Shown here: positions 41,247 to 51,335 of the stretch, piece after piece | Numbering within the stretch: the stretch's first letter is position 1 | How the letters are laid out: every line of letters starts with the position of its first letter | Source of the DNA: an uncultured Bacteroidota bacterium | GTDB lineage: Bacteria; Bacteroidota; Ignavibacteria; UBA10030; UBA8401 | Reading direction: 5' to 3' | Assembly: GCA_963827085.1 (NCBI GenBank) | Contig: CAWGZY010000002.1 | Location: 261,889-325,888 of the forward strand | DNA length: 64,000 nucleotides | Notes under the pieces: model-generated | Seen by the model: the letters and a program-made list of their open reading frames with translations, nothing else | Database searches by the model: none | What the model was told of the DNA's origin: nothing | Position numbers and translations under genes: made by a program

Positions 41247-41426
41247 TTAGCAGGCCCTCGGAGGTGGAGGGGAAGGGAGTGGAGGCTGCACCCCTCCATC
41301 TTCAACAAGTAGTCTCTGTGAGCTTGTTGCTGCGGTACTAGAAGTAACGGGAAATTTGTGGTTTGAGGCTGTCAATAAGATCAGTGCCACAACGGTTGTG
41401 ATGATAAAACGATCCAAGTTTCTCAT
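41247..41426 (-). CDS. 59-aa predicted membrane/secreted peptide with a Pro-rich C-terminus. Below the ORF-track length cut-off.
   Basis: MRNLDRFIITTVVALILLTASNHKFPVTSSTAATSSQRLLVEDGGVQPPLPSPPPPRAC. Strong aaggag RBS 8 nt upstream and the terminator hairpin just downstream. Confidence 0.3.
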   Translation of the reverse strand: MRNLDRFIITTVVALILLTASNHKFPVTSSTAATSSQRLLVEDGGVQPPLPSPPPPRAC

Positions 41427-41552
41427 GGCTAAATCTCCTTTTCTTGATGAGTTGAATTGTAGATGGTTAGTCCACCTACTTCATTGCTTATATACTCTTG
41501 CGGACCCAACCGTTGAAGTTTTAGCCGCACTGCACAACGCTTTTTCTAACTC

Positions 41553-44500
41553 ATGGAACCTACTGTGATTGGGTCCTCACATAGCAGCGTTATGCCTTCC
41601 TCCTACAGATATACACGACCAAGACCAACCAAGAATCTTCTTATCTCCTTTCTTTGTTCTCTCGTGTTCACAATCGGTGCGAGCGCCCAATCGGTCGGAT
41701 CGAAACTCACAGATGCTGATCAACTCGAAATACGCGCTTACGAATTCTTTGTATCCGCCTGTTATGACAGCTCCCTTGCTTGTTACGAGAAGGCAGAGAA
41801 CCTGTATGCCAATGTTGGCAACTGGGCAGAAGTTCTTGAGTGCCTCAACCGGGAAGCAGACGTGCTTGCAAGATTAGCGCAGTATGAAAAAGCAGTGATG
41901 TGTTTGGAAAAGGCAAGAGAGATCGCTGCTGACAAGCTCCCACCGGACGACCCAATACTAGGAACAACATATAGCCTTCTGGGGTATATCTACCACCACG
42001 AGCAGGCATACAGCGAGGCTGTTCGCTATCTCCAAGAAGGATTGAGAATCAGATTAAAGGCATATGGTCCGATGAATATTGAGGTCGGCCGCTCTTACTA
42101 CTTGCTTGCGACGACTTACAGAACAATGGGAAAATATGATGAAGCTCAATTAGCTATTACACAAGCCTTGGACTTAAGCGGAAAAGTGGGAAATCAAGAA
42201 GACATGGCAATGAATATGCTCGCATTGGCAAACATACTATCTGACAAAGGTGAGTACGCAGGTTCGATAAATATTGAGAGGATCATAGAAGACACTCTCG
42301 TCAAGGCTGGGAAAAAGTCGAGTGCTCTGCTCGCAACGTGCTATTTCTATCATGGGAGAGACCTCCTCCATGAGAACCAATACAAAAGCGCAGTTTCCTA
42401 TCTATCAAGATCACTTTCTCTTTTTACCGGACTCTATGGGGAGAATCATCCTGATGTTTCAGGGTGCTTAATGAAACTAGGCGAGGCCTATTCACTTCAG
42501 GGAGATTTTACGCAGGCACAGTCATATTTCACTAAAAGCCAAGAAGTCCTGCTCAAAATAAACGGCCCAAATCATTCCAGCATGGCAGAATTATACGCTT
42601 ATCTCAGCGACTTGTATTTGAGAAAACACGATTTGGATAGTGCGCTTTCCTTTGGACAGAAGTCAACGCAAATACAACGGATCTACTACGGGGGATCACA
42701 TATCTCTACAGCAAATAGTCTCGAGAAGCTTTCTCGTGTATTTGAACGAAAGGGTGATTATAACGCTGCACTCGCCACCCTGGACAGTTCTCTTGTGATA
42801 AAGCTGGCAATCAACCCCAGCTCCGTGGAGGTGGCCAGGCTATATTTGTCAATCGGGGTTGTTCATTCGAAATCAGACCGCGCAGACAAGGCGGATTTCT
42901 ATTTTCGGCTAGCTCGAGAGGTTTTTGATAGTTCGCATTCTACCGACACTACTTTTCTAGTATTACTGCAAAATTCTTACGGCGATATGTTTCTTAGAAA
43001 GAAAAACTTTCACTCGGCCCTCGATCACTATAAGGAAGCTGCATTACTCTTGCAGGGAGGATCGGGCGAAAGAATGTTCACCTCCTCCGTACGCAACGAG
43101 CTTTCAAGCTCGGACGAGCTCAGACTCCACTACTTGTTGTCGGCTTCAAGGGCGTACGAATCGCTTGACTCAGTTTCCGGCAACTTTCATTATCTCGATA
43201 GTGCCTATTGCGACCTTGAGAATGCGATGTCCATTCAAACAATGATTCGAAGGGGATACAAGGCAGAGGGATCGAAGATCTATTTTGACGAAGAATCCTA
43301 TGATGTCAACAAAAATGCTGTGGAGGACGCGTTGGCACTGTATTCCAAAACAAAGGATAAGAAGTATCTCCAGAAGGCATTCCAGTGTTCCGAAAAATCG
43401 AAAGCGAATCTCTTGTTTGATAAGATGATTCAGTCTGAAGCACTGCATTCTTCCGGAGCGCCCGATAGTATGCTGCAAAGAGAAGAACTTCTGAGGACCA
43501 ACATTGCAAGTTCAAATTATAAAGTGGGAGAGACAAATCTACAGAGCGACCCCAAAGGACAACATTCCGACTACTTTGCTAATCTTGTTGCCTATGACAG
43601 GTTAATGGATTCCCTCGAGAACTATTTTCCTAATTACTATGATCTGAAGTACCGGGTGGAAGAAATCGCGCTCCCTCCGATCCAAAAACGTCTTCCTTCC
43701 ACCTCTGTGATTCTTGAATACTTCTTTGCAAAAGACAGGCTTTGTATTTTCACCATATCGAAAGACAAATTTGATCTCACGGTCGTACGGAGAACGTCGG
43801 AGATCAAAGAAGCCGCGTTGGCCATGAGGAAATCTTTGAGGACCGTCGACAGGCGTGAATACTTAAAACAAGCTTCCGATCTCTACAGAATGATCGTGCA
43901 GCCGGTGGAGAAATTTTTAAAAGGAAAACAACTGATCGTAATCCCTGACGGAGAATTGTACTACATACCGTTTGAATCTCTTCTCACCGCGCCGCAGTCA
44001 AACGAGACTTTTTCTAATTATTCAAGTCTTCCGTTTCTTATTAAGACACACACAGTATCGTACGCTTATTCCACCTCCTTGTTCATGGAACGGCGGCTGA
44101 GTCCGCCGCACACCGAGAAGAGCTTTGTCGGTTTCGCTCCAGTGTTCGACGATTCCACAAACAAGAATCTTGGGGAAACATCAAAAAAGGATTTCGCGGA
44201 GCTTCGCTCATTTTCTTTAGATGGAAAAAAATACGGCGACTTGGAATATAGTCAGGAGGAGGTGGAGGATATTGCCGCGCTCTTTGAAAACAAGAATTTG
44301 AAATCGAAAATATTCTTACATGATGAGGCCAGTGAAAGCAACTTCAAACAGGCTGTTCATGATTACAGCTTCGTGCATATTGCCAGCCATGGATTTGCCG
44401 ACGAAATTCATCCGGATTTATCGGCGCTCTTATTTTCAGAAGCCGGCGGACATCAAACGAGAGAAGATGGAATTTTGAACGCAAGTGAGACGTATGACCT

Positions 44501-44807
44501 TAAATTGAACGCAGACCTTGTTGTTCTGAGCAGCTGTGAGAGCGGGATTGGAAGGCTCGTGAAGGGTGAAGGCCTGATGGCGATTACCAGAGGATTCTTT
44601 TATTCAGGCGCCAGAAATGTGCTTTTCTCGTTGTGGAAAATTTCAGATAAGAGTACCAGCAAACTCATGGTCGATTTTTATCGGTCTATTCTCGCCGGTG
44701 ATAGTTTCCCCCGAGCACTGCAGGAGACAAAGTTGAATGTGATCCGTAATAATCCGTACGACTTCCCCAGCGAATGGGCGGGATTTCTTCTCATTGCCTC
44801 GAATTAA
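41553..44807 (+). CDS. Secreted TPR-repeat protein with a C-terminal CHAT (caspase-like) protease domain
   Basis: Signal peptide (KNLLISFLCSLVFTIGASAQ), about 12 TPR-like repeats, and a CHAT His/Cys dyad (FVHIASHGF ... LVVLSSCESG). Confidence 0.85.
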   Translation: MEPTVIGSSHSSVMPSSYRYTRPRPTKNLLISFLCSLVFTIGASAQSVGSKLTDADQLEIRAYEFFVSACYDSSLACYEKAENLYANVGNWAEVLECLNREADVLARLAQYEKAVMCLEKAREIAADKLPPDDPILGTTYSLLGYIYHHEQAYSEAVRYLQEGLRIRLKAYGPMNIEVGRSYYLLATTYRTMGKYDEAQLAITQALDLSGKVGNQEDMAMNMLALANILSDKGEYAGSINIERIIEDTLVKAGKKSSALLATCYFYHGRDLLHENQYKSAVSYLSRSLSLFTGLYGENHPDVSGCLMKLGEAYSLQGDFTQAQSYFTKSQEVLLKINGPNHSSMAELYAYLSDLYLRKHDLDSALSFGQKSTQIQRIYYGGSHISTANSLEKLSRVFERKGDYNAALATLDSSLVIKLAINPSSVEVARLYLSIGVVHSKSDRADKADFYFRLAREVFDSSHSTDTTFLVLLQNSYGDMFLRKKNFHSALDHYKEAALLLQGGSGERMFTSSVRNELSSSDELRLHYLLSASRAYESLDSVSGNFHYLDSAYCDLENAMSIQTMIRRGYKAEGSKIYFDEESYDVNKNAVEDALALYSKTKDKKYLQKAFQCSEKSKANLLFDKMIQSEALHSSGAPDSMLQREELLRTNIASSNYKVGETNLQSDPKGQHSDYFANLVAYDRLMDSLENYFPNYYDLKYRVEEIALPPIQKRLPSTSVILEYFFAKDRLCIFTISKDKFDLTVVRRTSEIKEAALAMRKSLRTVDRREYLKQASDLYRMIVQPVEKFLKGKQLIVIPDGELYYIPFESLLTAPQSNETFSNYSSLPFLIKTHTVSYAYSTSLFMERRLSPPHTEKSFVGFAPVFDDSTNKNLGETSKKDFAELRSFSLDGKKYGDLEYSQEEVEDIAALFENKNLKSKIFLHDEASESNFKQAVHDYSFVHIASHGFADEIHPDLSALLFSEAGGHQTREDGILNASETYDLKLNADLVVLSSCESGIGRLVKGEGLMAITRGFFYSGARNVLFSLWKISDKSTSKLMVDFYRSILAGDSFPRALQETKLNVIRNNPYDFPSEWAGFLLIASN

Positions 44808-44814
44808 TCGGCTG

Positions 44815-45537
44815 CTATTCGACAAAAAACTTCCCGACATACAGAAGCTCGTCTGCCGTTTCCAGCCTCCAATAGTAAAGCCCCCGCTCCAAAGTTCCGG
44901 AGAACTGGTATCCATTTTCATTTGTCCGTGCAACAACGACTTCTTTCCCCTTGTTGTTGACTATTTTAAGAATAACTTTCTCCTCCTCACCACGGGCCCA
45001 TTTGAAAGTAACCTTGCCATGAATTCTCTCACCGAGAGTTGGGGACTCTACTTCAATGTCGTTTGATCGATAATGAACGCCGATCAGTCCCTCAAGCTCG
45101 GGCGATACGGCATAATTATCGGATAGGAGACCCTTGCCTGTCCCCTTTGACGAGCTATCAATCCCCGCGGTTAACGGAGGAATACTCTGTGTTGAACCTT
45201 CTATCTTGCTCCGGCCATGTCCCGGTAAACCTAGCCTAGTGATTCCGTAAAGTCCAAAACCGATGAGTACAACGGCCGCAATTCTATAGAAAATAGTACG
45301 ATTCAAATTTTCCAGCTTCTGCCTTGGCCCGAAAAAGAAAAGTCGTTTCTCAGGCTTCCCAACCTCTTCTTCAAGCAGCTGAAATAGCTCTTCTATATTG
45401 AGCTTGCACGCGGCACATTCTGAAACATGTTCCAGAACCGGTTCCGGGAGTTGTTCAAGTGTATTAAGCTTCAATGCATCAACATAGAGGGCTATGCCTT
45501 CCTCGTTCAGATGCAAGTTTTCGTCGAAAAGCTTCAT
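44815..45537 (-). CDS. Membrane-spanning anti-sigma factor (zinc-finger HxxxCxxC N-terminus, one TM, periplasmic C-terminal domain)
   Basis: LEHVSECAACK motif, TM IAAVVLIGFGLYGI, directly downstream of an ECF sigma gene. Confidence 0.55.
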   Translation of the reverse strand: MKLFDENLHLNEEGIALYVDALKLNTLEQLPEPVLEHVSECAACKLNIEELFQLLEEEVGKPEKRLFFFGPRQKLENLNRTIFYRIAAVVLIGFGLYGITRLGLPGHGRSKIEGSTQSIPPLTAGIDSSSKGTGKGLLSDNYAVSPELEGLIGVHYRSNDIEVESPTLGERIHGKVTFKWARGEEEKVILKIVNNKGKEVVVARTNENGYQFSGTLERGLYYWRLETADELLYVGKFFVE

Positions 45538-45586
45538 TAGCTCACCTAAGTCATATTATATGTACTTATATATCTTCAAACTATGC

Positions 45587-46333
45587 TTAAATGGAGAAAT
45601 ATTTTTCAGCCAATATTTTCAGGGTTTCTTTATCATAGGATGATTCGCTCTTGCTGCCATTCAGAAGCTGGATTATTTCGCGAACCCTCACCTCCGACCA
45701 ATTTCTTACTGCATCGACGGTGTTGCTTTTGCCTTCGTATTTATTCAGGAGAGGGGTAACAATCCGATAGACATCTTTTGACTCAATTTCATCATAGTGA
45801 GTCCCAAAATTACTTAAGAAAACGAGAATGTCCTCTTCAGAGCAAGTCGGAAAACAGGCTATTACATCTTCCTTGTTTATCCTCAGGCGAAAATAAAGCT
45901 TGACACACAGGATGACCTTTTCCCTTTTTTTGTGAAAATATTTGAATATCCTCTTTAGCCGCTCCAGGTCGATTTCTATCGCAAGGTTCCTGGTGGCGGT
46001 TTCTTCGATGATCGGATCCTCGACATTCAGGGGAATTACCCTGATTTCCCTCTTTTTTTTATCATAAATCTTTAAACAGGAGTTCCTAACGATGGCCGAA
46101 AAGTACGTTTTGAGCAGTGCCATGCCATTATATTGGTCGCGGATCCTTTCCGATTTGCCGAGCAAGTCCTCGTTAACAGCCTGGACGACATCCTCAAAAT
46201 CGGAGGGCGAGAACATTCTGCCGGCAATATATTTTTTAACGATTATTTGTATGATCTCTTGATACTTAATAATGAGCTCGCGAGGCTGCTCTCTAAGCAA
46301 CTTCACATCCTGCTGATTCCTATTACGAAACAT
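45587..46333 (-). CDS. ECF-type sigma-70 family sigma factor with a C-terminal extension
   Basis: Region-2-like ELIIKYQEIIQIIVKKYIAG...SDFEDVVQAVNEDLLGK...YFSAIVRNSCLKIYDKKKRE. Region-4-like segment ...KVILCVKLYFRLRINKEDVIA. Confidence 0.55.
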   Translation of the reverse strand: MFRNRNQQDVKLLREQPRELIIKYQEIIQIIVKKYIAGRMFSPSDFEDVVQAVNEDLLGKSERIRDQYNGMALLKTYFSAIVRNSCLKIYDKKKREIRVIPLNVEDPIIEETATRNLAIEIDLERLKRIFKYFHKKREKVILCVKLYFRLRINKEDVIACFPTCSEEDILVFLSNFGTHYDEIESKDVYRIVTPLLNKYEGKSNTVDAVRNWSEVRVREIIQLLNGSKSESSYDKETLKILAEKYFSI

Positions 46334-47126
46334 AGCTCTCCGGCGAAATACAAAACCAAGTTACTTCTTATTATGGAGTGTATCAAGTTTGCCGAAGTAT
46401 GTCCCGGTCTTTGAAACGGGAATCAATTCATCTTTTTCGATCGTTGGTGGAGCCCTTCCTGATGAAGGATCAATTAGTAGATAATGTTCCCATCACTGTG
46501 ACTCGTCAGCTAAGCGAAAACACCGACTCTTTTTTCTGCAACTTGATGGAGCAAGCAAAAGAAGACTGGTGTCTCCTCATCCTCGCGGCAATTCATTACA
46601 ATTTATGCCATTACTTCATGAGCAGCCGTGCATCATAAGATAAAAGAAGTGCCAGCGATGATCTGTTAAGGATTGGGTCGGAAACGCCGCACTCCTTTTC
46701 GTGCAGAAAATGCCCGAGCCTTCGGTCGCCTGAAAAAAGGCCGGCAATGCCTTTTTTTAGCCTGATTTCCTATTGTTCAATGCCGAATCACATCCTGTCG
46801 TTGAAACAGGATTAATCCTTTTTTCATCCTTTCGGGCTATTACTTTTCAATGCCATCATTAGTACAATTTTTCATGATTCCGGTGAAAAATTGCTGCGTC
46901 CTTTTTGGTCGCATCAAAACTGCGGCACTATTGTAATAATGGCTCATCAATGGAAAAAACGATTTCATTTTTCTCTTTTCATTATCCGAACTTTGTTCAT
47001 GGCTGATCTTCAAAGTTAAAAAAAAGTGCGAGGAAATAACCTAATTGAGATTGTGTATTAATTCTTCTTTGATTCAAAACTGACTTTTAAAAAAGCGTTT
47101 GCGAGGTTTTGCCCTTGAATATATTA

Positions 47127-48590
47127 ATGGTGTATCCGATGTACCCCGATACATTTTGGAGTTTCAAACATGCGTTAAAATTTGTATCGAAAAAAGCAAG
47201 CTTCCCTCCTTTGGGACTATTAACTGTTGCTGCATTGCTGCCGAGAGAATGGAACAAAAAACTTATCGATACGAACGTCAGGGATCTCGCCGATGAAGAC
47301 ATCCTGTGGGCGGATTATGTTTTTATCAGCGCCATGTCCATTCAGAGTGAATCGGCACATCAAATAATCGATCAATGTAAAAAACTGCATGCAAAAATCG
47401 TAGCCGGCGGACCGCTTTTTACGAGCAGCTCTGAATACTACGAACACATCGATTATCTCGTGCTTGATGAAGCCGAAATCACTCTCCCGCAATTTTTACA
47501 CGACCTGAGCGAGGGAAAAGCGAAACATCTATACACGACGGACGAATGGGCGAATATTACCACCACTCCGCTCCCTCTTTGGGATCTTATATCGAGTAAT
47601 GATTATACTTCAATGAATGTGCAGTACTCACGCGGCTGTCCCTTCGATTGCGATTTCTGCGATATTACCGTTCTCTACGGAAGAATACCCAGAACCAAAA
47701 CCCAACCGCAGGTGATGGCCGAATTGGACGCATTGTCCCGCAGCGGCTGGAGAGGTCCGGTTTTTTTTGTCGATGATAATTTTATCGGGAACAAAGGGAA
47801 ATTGAAAAAAGATATTCTCCCTGCAATTATTGAGTGGAACGAGAGAAACAATACTCCATTTTACTTTAGCACGGAAGTCTCAATCAATCTTGCCGACGAT
47901 GATACCCTGATGCAGCTTATGGTGAAAGCAGAATTTGAAGCCGTGTTCATCGGCATCGAGTCTCCGAACGAAGAGAGTCTGATCGAATGCAATAAGATCC
48001 AGAACAGAAACCGCGATCTGATTGCAAGTGTGAAAAAGATTCAACGCGCGGGTCTGGAAGTTCAAGGAGGGTTCATCGTCGGGTTTGATAACGATCCTCA
48101 TACAATCTTCGATACGCTGACAAACTTCATCCAGGAAAGCGGTATTGTAACGGCGATGGTCGGATTATTAAACGCACCGAGAGGAACGAAACTCCACAAA
48201 AGACTTCTTAACGAAGGAAGATTGTTAAACGATTTTACCGGAAACAATACCGATTTTTCTATGAACTTCGTTCCGCAGATGAATTCCCAGAAACTCATCG
48301 ATGGATATAAGACGATCCTGGACACTATCTATTCTCCCAAATACTATTATCAACGCGTCACTCTTTTTTTGAAAGATTTCAAACCGAAGAAGAAGGTGTT
48401 TCATCTTAATCCAAATTACATCCTCGCGCTGCTGCGATCGATGTTTAAACTAGGCGTAATAGGCGAAGAAAGAATTTATTACTGGAAGTTATTCCTGTGG
48501 TCGTTGTTTTGTAAACCCCAGCTTTTCTCGTTGGCAATATTGTATACGATTTACGGATTCCATTTCAGAAGGATCTCCACGAGTATTTAA
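47127..48590 (+). CDS. B12-binding radical SAM protein with a C-terminal DUF4070
   Basis: N-terminal B12-binding domain (KILMVYPMYPDTFWSF...), the CPFDCDFC CxxxCxxC cluster, and DUF4070-like ...LFCKPQLFS...YGFHFRR. ATG at 47127 preferred over TTG at 47109. Confidence 0.85.
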   Translation: MVYPMYPDTFWSFKHALKFVSKKASFPPLGLLTVAALLPREWNKKLIDTNVRDLADEDILWADYVFISAMSIQSESAHQIIDQCKKLHAKIVAGGPLFTSSSEYYEHIDYLVLDEAEITLPQFLHDLSEGKAKHLYTTDEWANITTTPLPLWDLISSNDYTSMNVQYSRGCPFDCDFCDITVLYGRIPRTKTQPQVMAELDALSRSGWRGPVFFVDDNFIGNKGKLKKDILPAIIEWNERNNTPFYFSTEVSINLADDDTLMQLMVKAEFEAVFIGIESPNEESLIECNKIQNRNRDLIASVKKIQRAGLEVQGGFIVGFDNDPHTIFDTLTNFIQESGIVTAMVGLLNAPRGTKLHKRLLNEGRLLNDFTGNNTDFSMNFVPQMNSQKLIDGYKTILDTIYSPKYYYQRVTLFLKDFKPKKKVFHLNPNYILALLRSMFKLGVIGEERIYYWKLFLWSLFCKPQLFSLAILYTIYGFHFRRISTSI

Positions 48591-48607
48591 CAATACGGTT
48601 AAACGTC

Positions 48608-49012
48608 ATGGATCCATCTTCTCAGCGCTACTCGGCTCTTATAATCGATGACTCCCCGCACATGCGAATCCTCATGTCAAAGCTGCTGCTCCGCAGCGGG
48701 TTCACGCTCGTCGACGTTGCCGTCAACGGTGCCGACGGACTGCAGCACTTCACCGCATCCAATCCCGATATTGTTTTTCTTGATGCAGTGATGCCCGAGA
48801 TCGACGGACTGGATGTATTGCGAAAAATTAAGTCCCTCAAACCCGACACCATCGTCGCCATGACGACCTCGCTGTCGGAAAAGGAAAAAGTATTGAGGTT
48901 CAAGGAAGCGGGAGCCGATTACTACCTGCTTAAACCATTTGAAGAGGGAAAATTCATGGAGACCCTGCAAAAAATGGTCGCGATTCTCGACCGACGTTCG
49001 AAAAAGGAATAA
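48608..49012 (+). CDS. Single-domain response regulator (CheY-like receiver)
   Basis: ALIIDDSPHMR...DIVFLDAVMPEIDG...YLLKPF. Confidence 0.85.
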   Translation: MDPSSQRYSALIIDDSPHMRILMSKLLLRSGFTLVDVAVNGADGLQHFTASNPDIVFLDAVMPEIDGLDVLRKIKSLKPDTIVAMTTSLSEKEKVLRFKEAGADYYLLKPFEEGKFMETLQKMVAILDRRSKKE

Positions 49013-49016
49013 GGCG

Positions 49017-49352
49017 ATGGAATGCCCGAAATGCAATCTGGTCAATGACGATACCCAGCGCTTTTGCTCATCATGCGGCACTGCGCTCGGCAATGTGTGC
49101 AAACGGTGCGGAACCGCCGGCAAGCACGAAGCCAAATTTTGCGGTATGTGCGGAGCTGCGTTTCCTGTTTCAGGCGAGCAGCAGCGACTCTTTACACACG
49201 CGGCCATCACTCCGTCGCACACACCTCGACAATACACGGCTGAAGAAATTGAGGACCTTCTTTCTCTGCAAAAGCTCGCCCGCCAAGAAGCGCTGAATTC
49301 GGAGCAGTTGTCGCAAAAAGACCTCGACACTCTCTTCCAAAAATCAGAATAG
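49017..49352 (+). CDS. Double zinc-ribbon domain protein
   Basis: MECPKCNLVNDDTQRFCSSCG...CKRCGTAGKHEAKFCGMCG. Four CxxC pairs. Confidence 0.55.
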   Translation: MECPKCNLVNDDTQRFCSSCGTALGNVCKRCGTAGKHEAKFCGMCGAAFPVSGEQQRLFTHAAITPSHTPRQYTAEEIEDLLSLQKLARQEALNSEQLSQKDLDTLFQKSE

Positions 49353-49355
49353 ACC

Positions 49356-51056
49356 ATGACAACCGAAGACCAGAAATTTCTCACGGCACTTGTAGAACAG
49401 GGAACGCTTGATCGTGATTTGCTGAAAGCAAGGGGAGGTGTTCTTGAAACTTCCATGCGAGAAAAAGGAATGGCTCGCGCCCTTCTGTCGACTTTCAATC
49501 TCACCGAGGAAATTATTGCCGATACCCTGAGCAGAACATTTGCTCTGGGAAAGATGACCATTGCCGCCGAGATCGAGACGGCTCCGGAACAGCTCTTCAC
49601 GGAGGATGAGATACGGTCATTCAGGACAATACCGGTGTTCCGGATTGGATTGGAATTGACCATGGCGTTTATCGATCCACCGGTCAAACAATTGCTCCTC
49701 CGATTGCAGCAATTGACCGGGTATAGAGTTCTTCCTGTCTTCACGACGGCTTCCGATTTTGACGCAGCGTTGAAAAAATACCGAGGGTCAATCGACCGCA
49801 TTCAATCTCTGAAGTCATCTATCGTCCTGGAGAAGTACGATATCCGTAACGTGAAGGGGAAAGAGGGCCCGTTCCCTGCCGACGGCAAGATCGAAGCAAC
49901 AATGGCACAGGTGATGGACGAGATCATGCTGCGGGCAGCTAAGGCGGGTGCGAGCGACATCCATATTGAGCCTTCAGACACGGAGTTGATGATACGCTTC
50001 CGCGTCGACGGCGTGCTTCAACGAGTCGTCTCCTTCCCCCTTTCATATCACCCCGGAATGATTTCTGTGATCAAGTCCAAGGCGAAAATGGACATTTTCG
50101 AACACGCCATCCCGCAAGACGGAAGAATGGAGTTGACGTTTGCCGACCGCGTCTTCGACGTTCGGGTCAGCAGCCTCCCTCTCCTGAAAGGTGAAAAGGT
50201 CGTGATGCGCCTCCTCGGGAAATCGGCGATGATGATTGATCTCGCAAATCTCGGCTTTTCACCGCGGAATCTCAGCCTCTTTCGTATGCTCTTGAAACTC
50301 CCGAATGGGGTTGTCCTCGTCACGGGCCCAACGGGAAGCGGAAAAACAACGACTCTCTATTCGGCGTTGAACGAGAAGAAAAATATTACAACAAATATAA
50401 CGACCGTAGAGAATCCGGTAGAGTACACGCTACCGCTCATCAATCAAGTTCAAGTAGCTTCAGAACGCGGGTTGACGTTTGCAACTTCTCTGCGCGCCAT
50501 TCTCCGCCAGGACCCCGATGTAATTCTGATTGGAGAAATCCGCGACGCCGAAACGGGTATGATTGCAACGGAAGCTGCATTGACCGGACATCTCGTACTG
50601 AGCACACTCCATACCAATGACGCCATCGGCGCAATTTCCCGGATGGTAAACCTCGGTATTGCCTCCTTTTGGGTGAGCGCTTCGGTTATTGGAGTAGTCT
50701 CGCAGCGCCTCGTCAGAAAAATTTGTGTGCGGTGCAAACAAGAGTACACGCCCGACGACGAATCCCTATCGTTGCTCGGCCTTTCAGGTGTGCCCCGCGG
50801 TACCACGCTTTTCAGGGGAAAGGGGTGCGCTTTCTGCAGCGGCACAGGATACAAAGGGAGAATCGCAATCCACGAGGTCTTTATCATCACCGAAGAAATG
50901 CGGGATATCATCGTTGGCGAAGTAACAACGAGCAAACTCCGACAGCTTGCCATCGAAAACAATTTCCGCGACATGTTTTATGACGGAATACAGAAAGCCC
51001 TTGCGGGTATTACATCCGTCGAAGAGGTGCAACGGGTCACTCGTCGTCTTTCCTGA
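49356..51056 (+). CDS. GspE/PilB-family secretion ATPase with an N-terminal MshEN/T2SSE_N-like domain
   Basis: Walker A LVTGPTGSGKTTTL, Asp box, His box, and a C-terminal tetracysteine CVRC...CAFC. Confidence 0.85.
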   Translation: MTTEDQKFLTALVEQGTLDRDLLKARGGVLETSMREKGMARALLSTFNLTEEIIADTLSRTFALGKMTIAAEIETAPEQLFTEDEIRSFRTIPVFRIGLELTMAFIDPPVKQLLLRLQQLTGYRVLPVFTTASDFDAALKKYRGSIDRIQSLKSSIVLEKYDIRNVKGKEGPFPADGKIEATMAQVMDEIMLRAAKAGASDIHIEPSDTELMIRFRVDGVLQRVVSFPLSYHPGMISVIKSKAKMDIFEHAIPQDGRMELTFADRVFDVRVSSLPLLKGEKVVMRLLGKSAMMIDLANLGFSPRNLSLFRMLLKLPNGVVLVTGPTGSGKTTTLYSALNEKKNITTNITTVENPVEYTLPLINQVQVASERGLTFATSLRAILRQDPDVILIGEIRDAETGMIATEAALTGHLVLSTLHTNDAIGAISRMVNLGIASFWVSASVIGVVSQRLVRKICVRCKQEYTPDDESLSLLGLSGVPRGTTLFRGKGCAFCSGTGYKGRIAIHEVFIITEEMRDIIVGEVTTSKLRQLAIENNFRDMFYDGIQKALAGITSVEEVQRVTRRLS

Positions 51057-51177
51057 TGTATCTGAGGCGTGGAATTCGCCGAAAGCCCGCCGACTCCCCC
51101 CCTTCCGCGGCACAGGAAGTTTTTCTTCAAGTCGGCTTAGACGCGATCTCAAATGCAGCATGACAATATTCATTGTC

Positions 51178-51237
51178 AGAGGCATCTGAAAAATCATCTC
51201 TCGCCAAGCCGCACTTTTGGGATTATCCTGAAGTCTC
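51178..51237. repeat. Degenerate short copy of MITE family 1
   Basis: agaggcatctgaaaaatcatctctcgccaagccgc ... cctgaagtctctg. Confidence 0.5.
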
Positions 51238-51335
51238 TGTTAAGATTTCTCCTTGTCCGTTTTTGCATCCTCAATAAGAAAAGGTTCCATTATTGAGGAT
51301 TCTCGCTTCGTACATTAATCGCCTAATGTGCATTT

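Noticed and set aside
40917-41312. 131-aa plus-strand ORF
   Set aside because: It has no RBS and runs through a bidirectional terminator hairpin. The 59-aa minus-strand peptide with a strong RBS is the more plausible coding element here.
48677-49801. 374-aa minus-strand ORF
   Set aside because: It is antisense to the receiver, zinc-ribbon and GspE-like genes, and is Ser/Arg/Cys-rich with no motifs.
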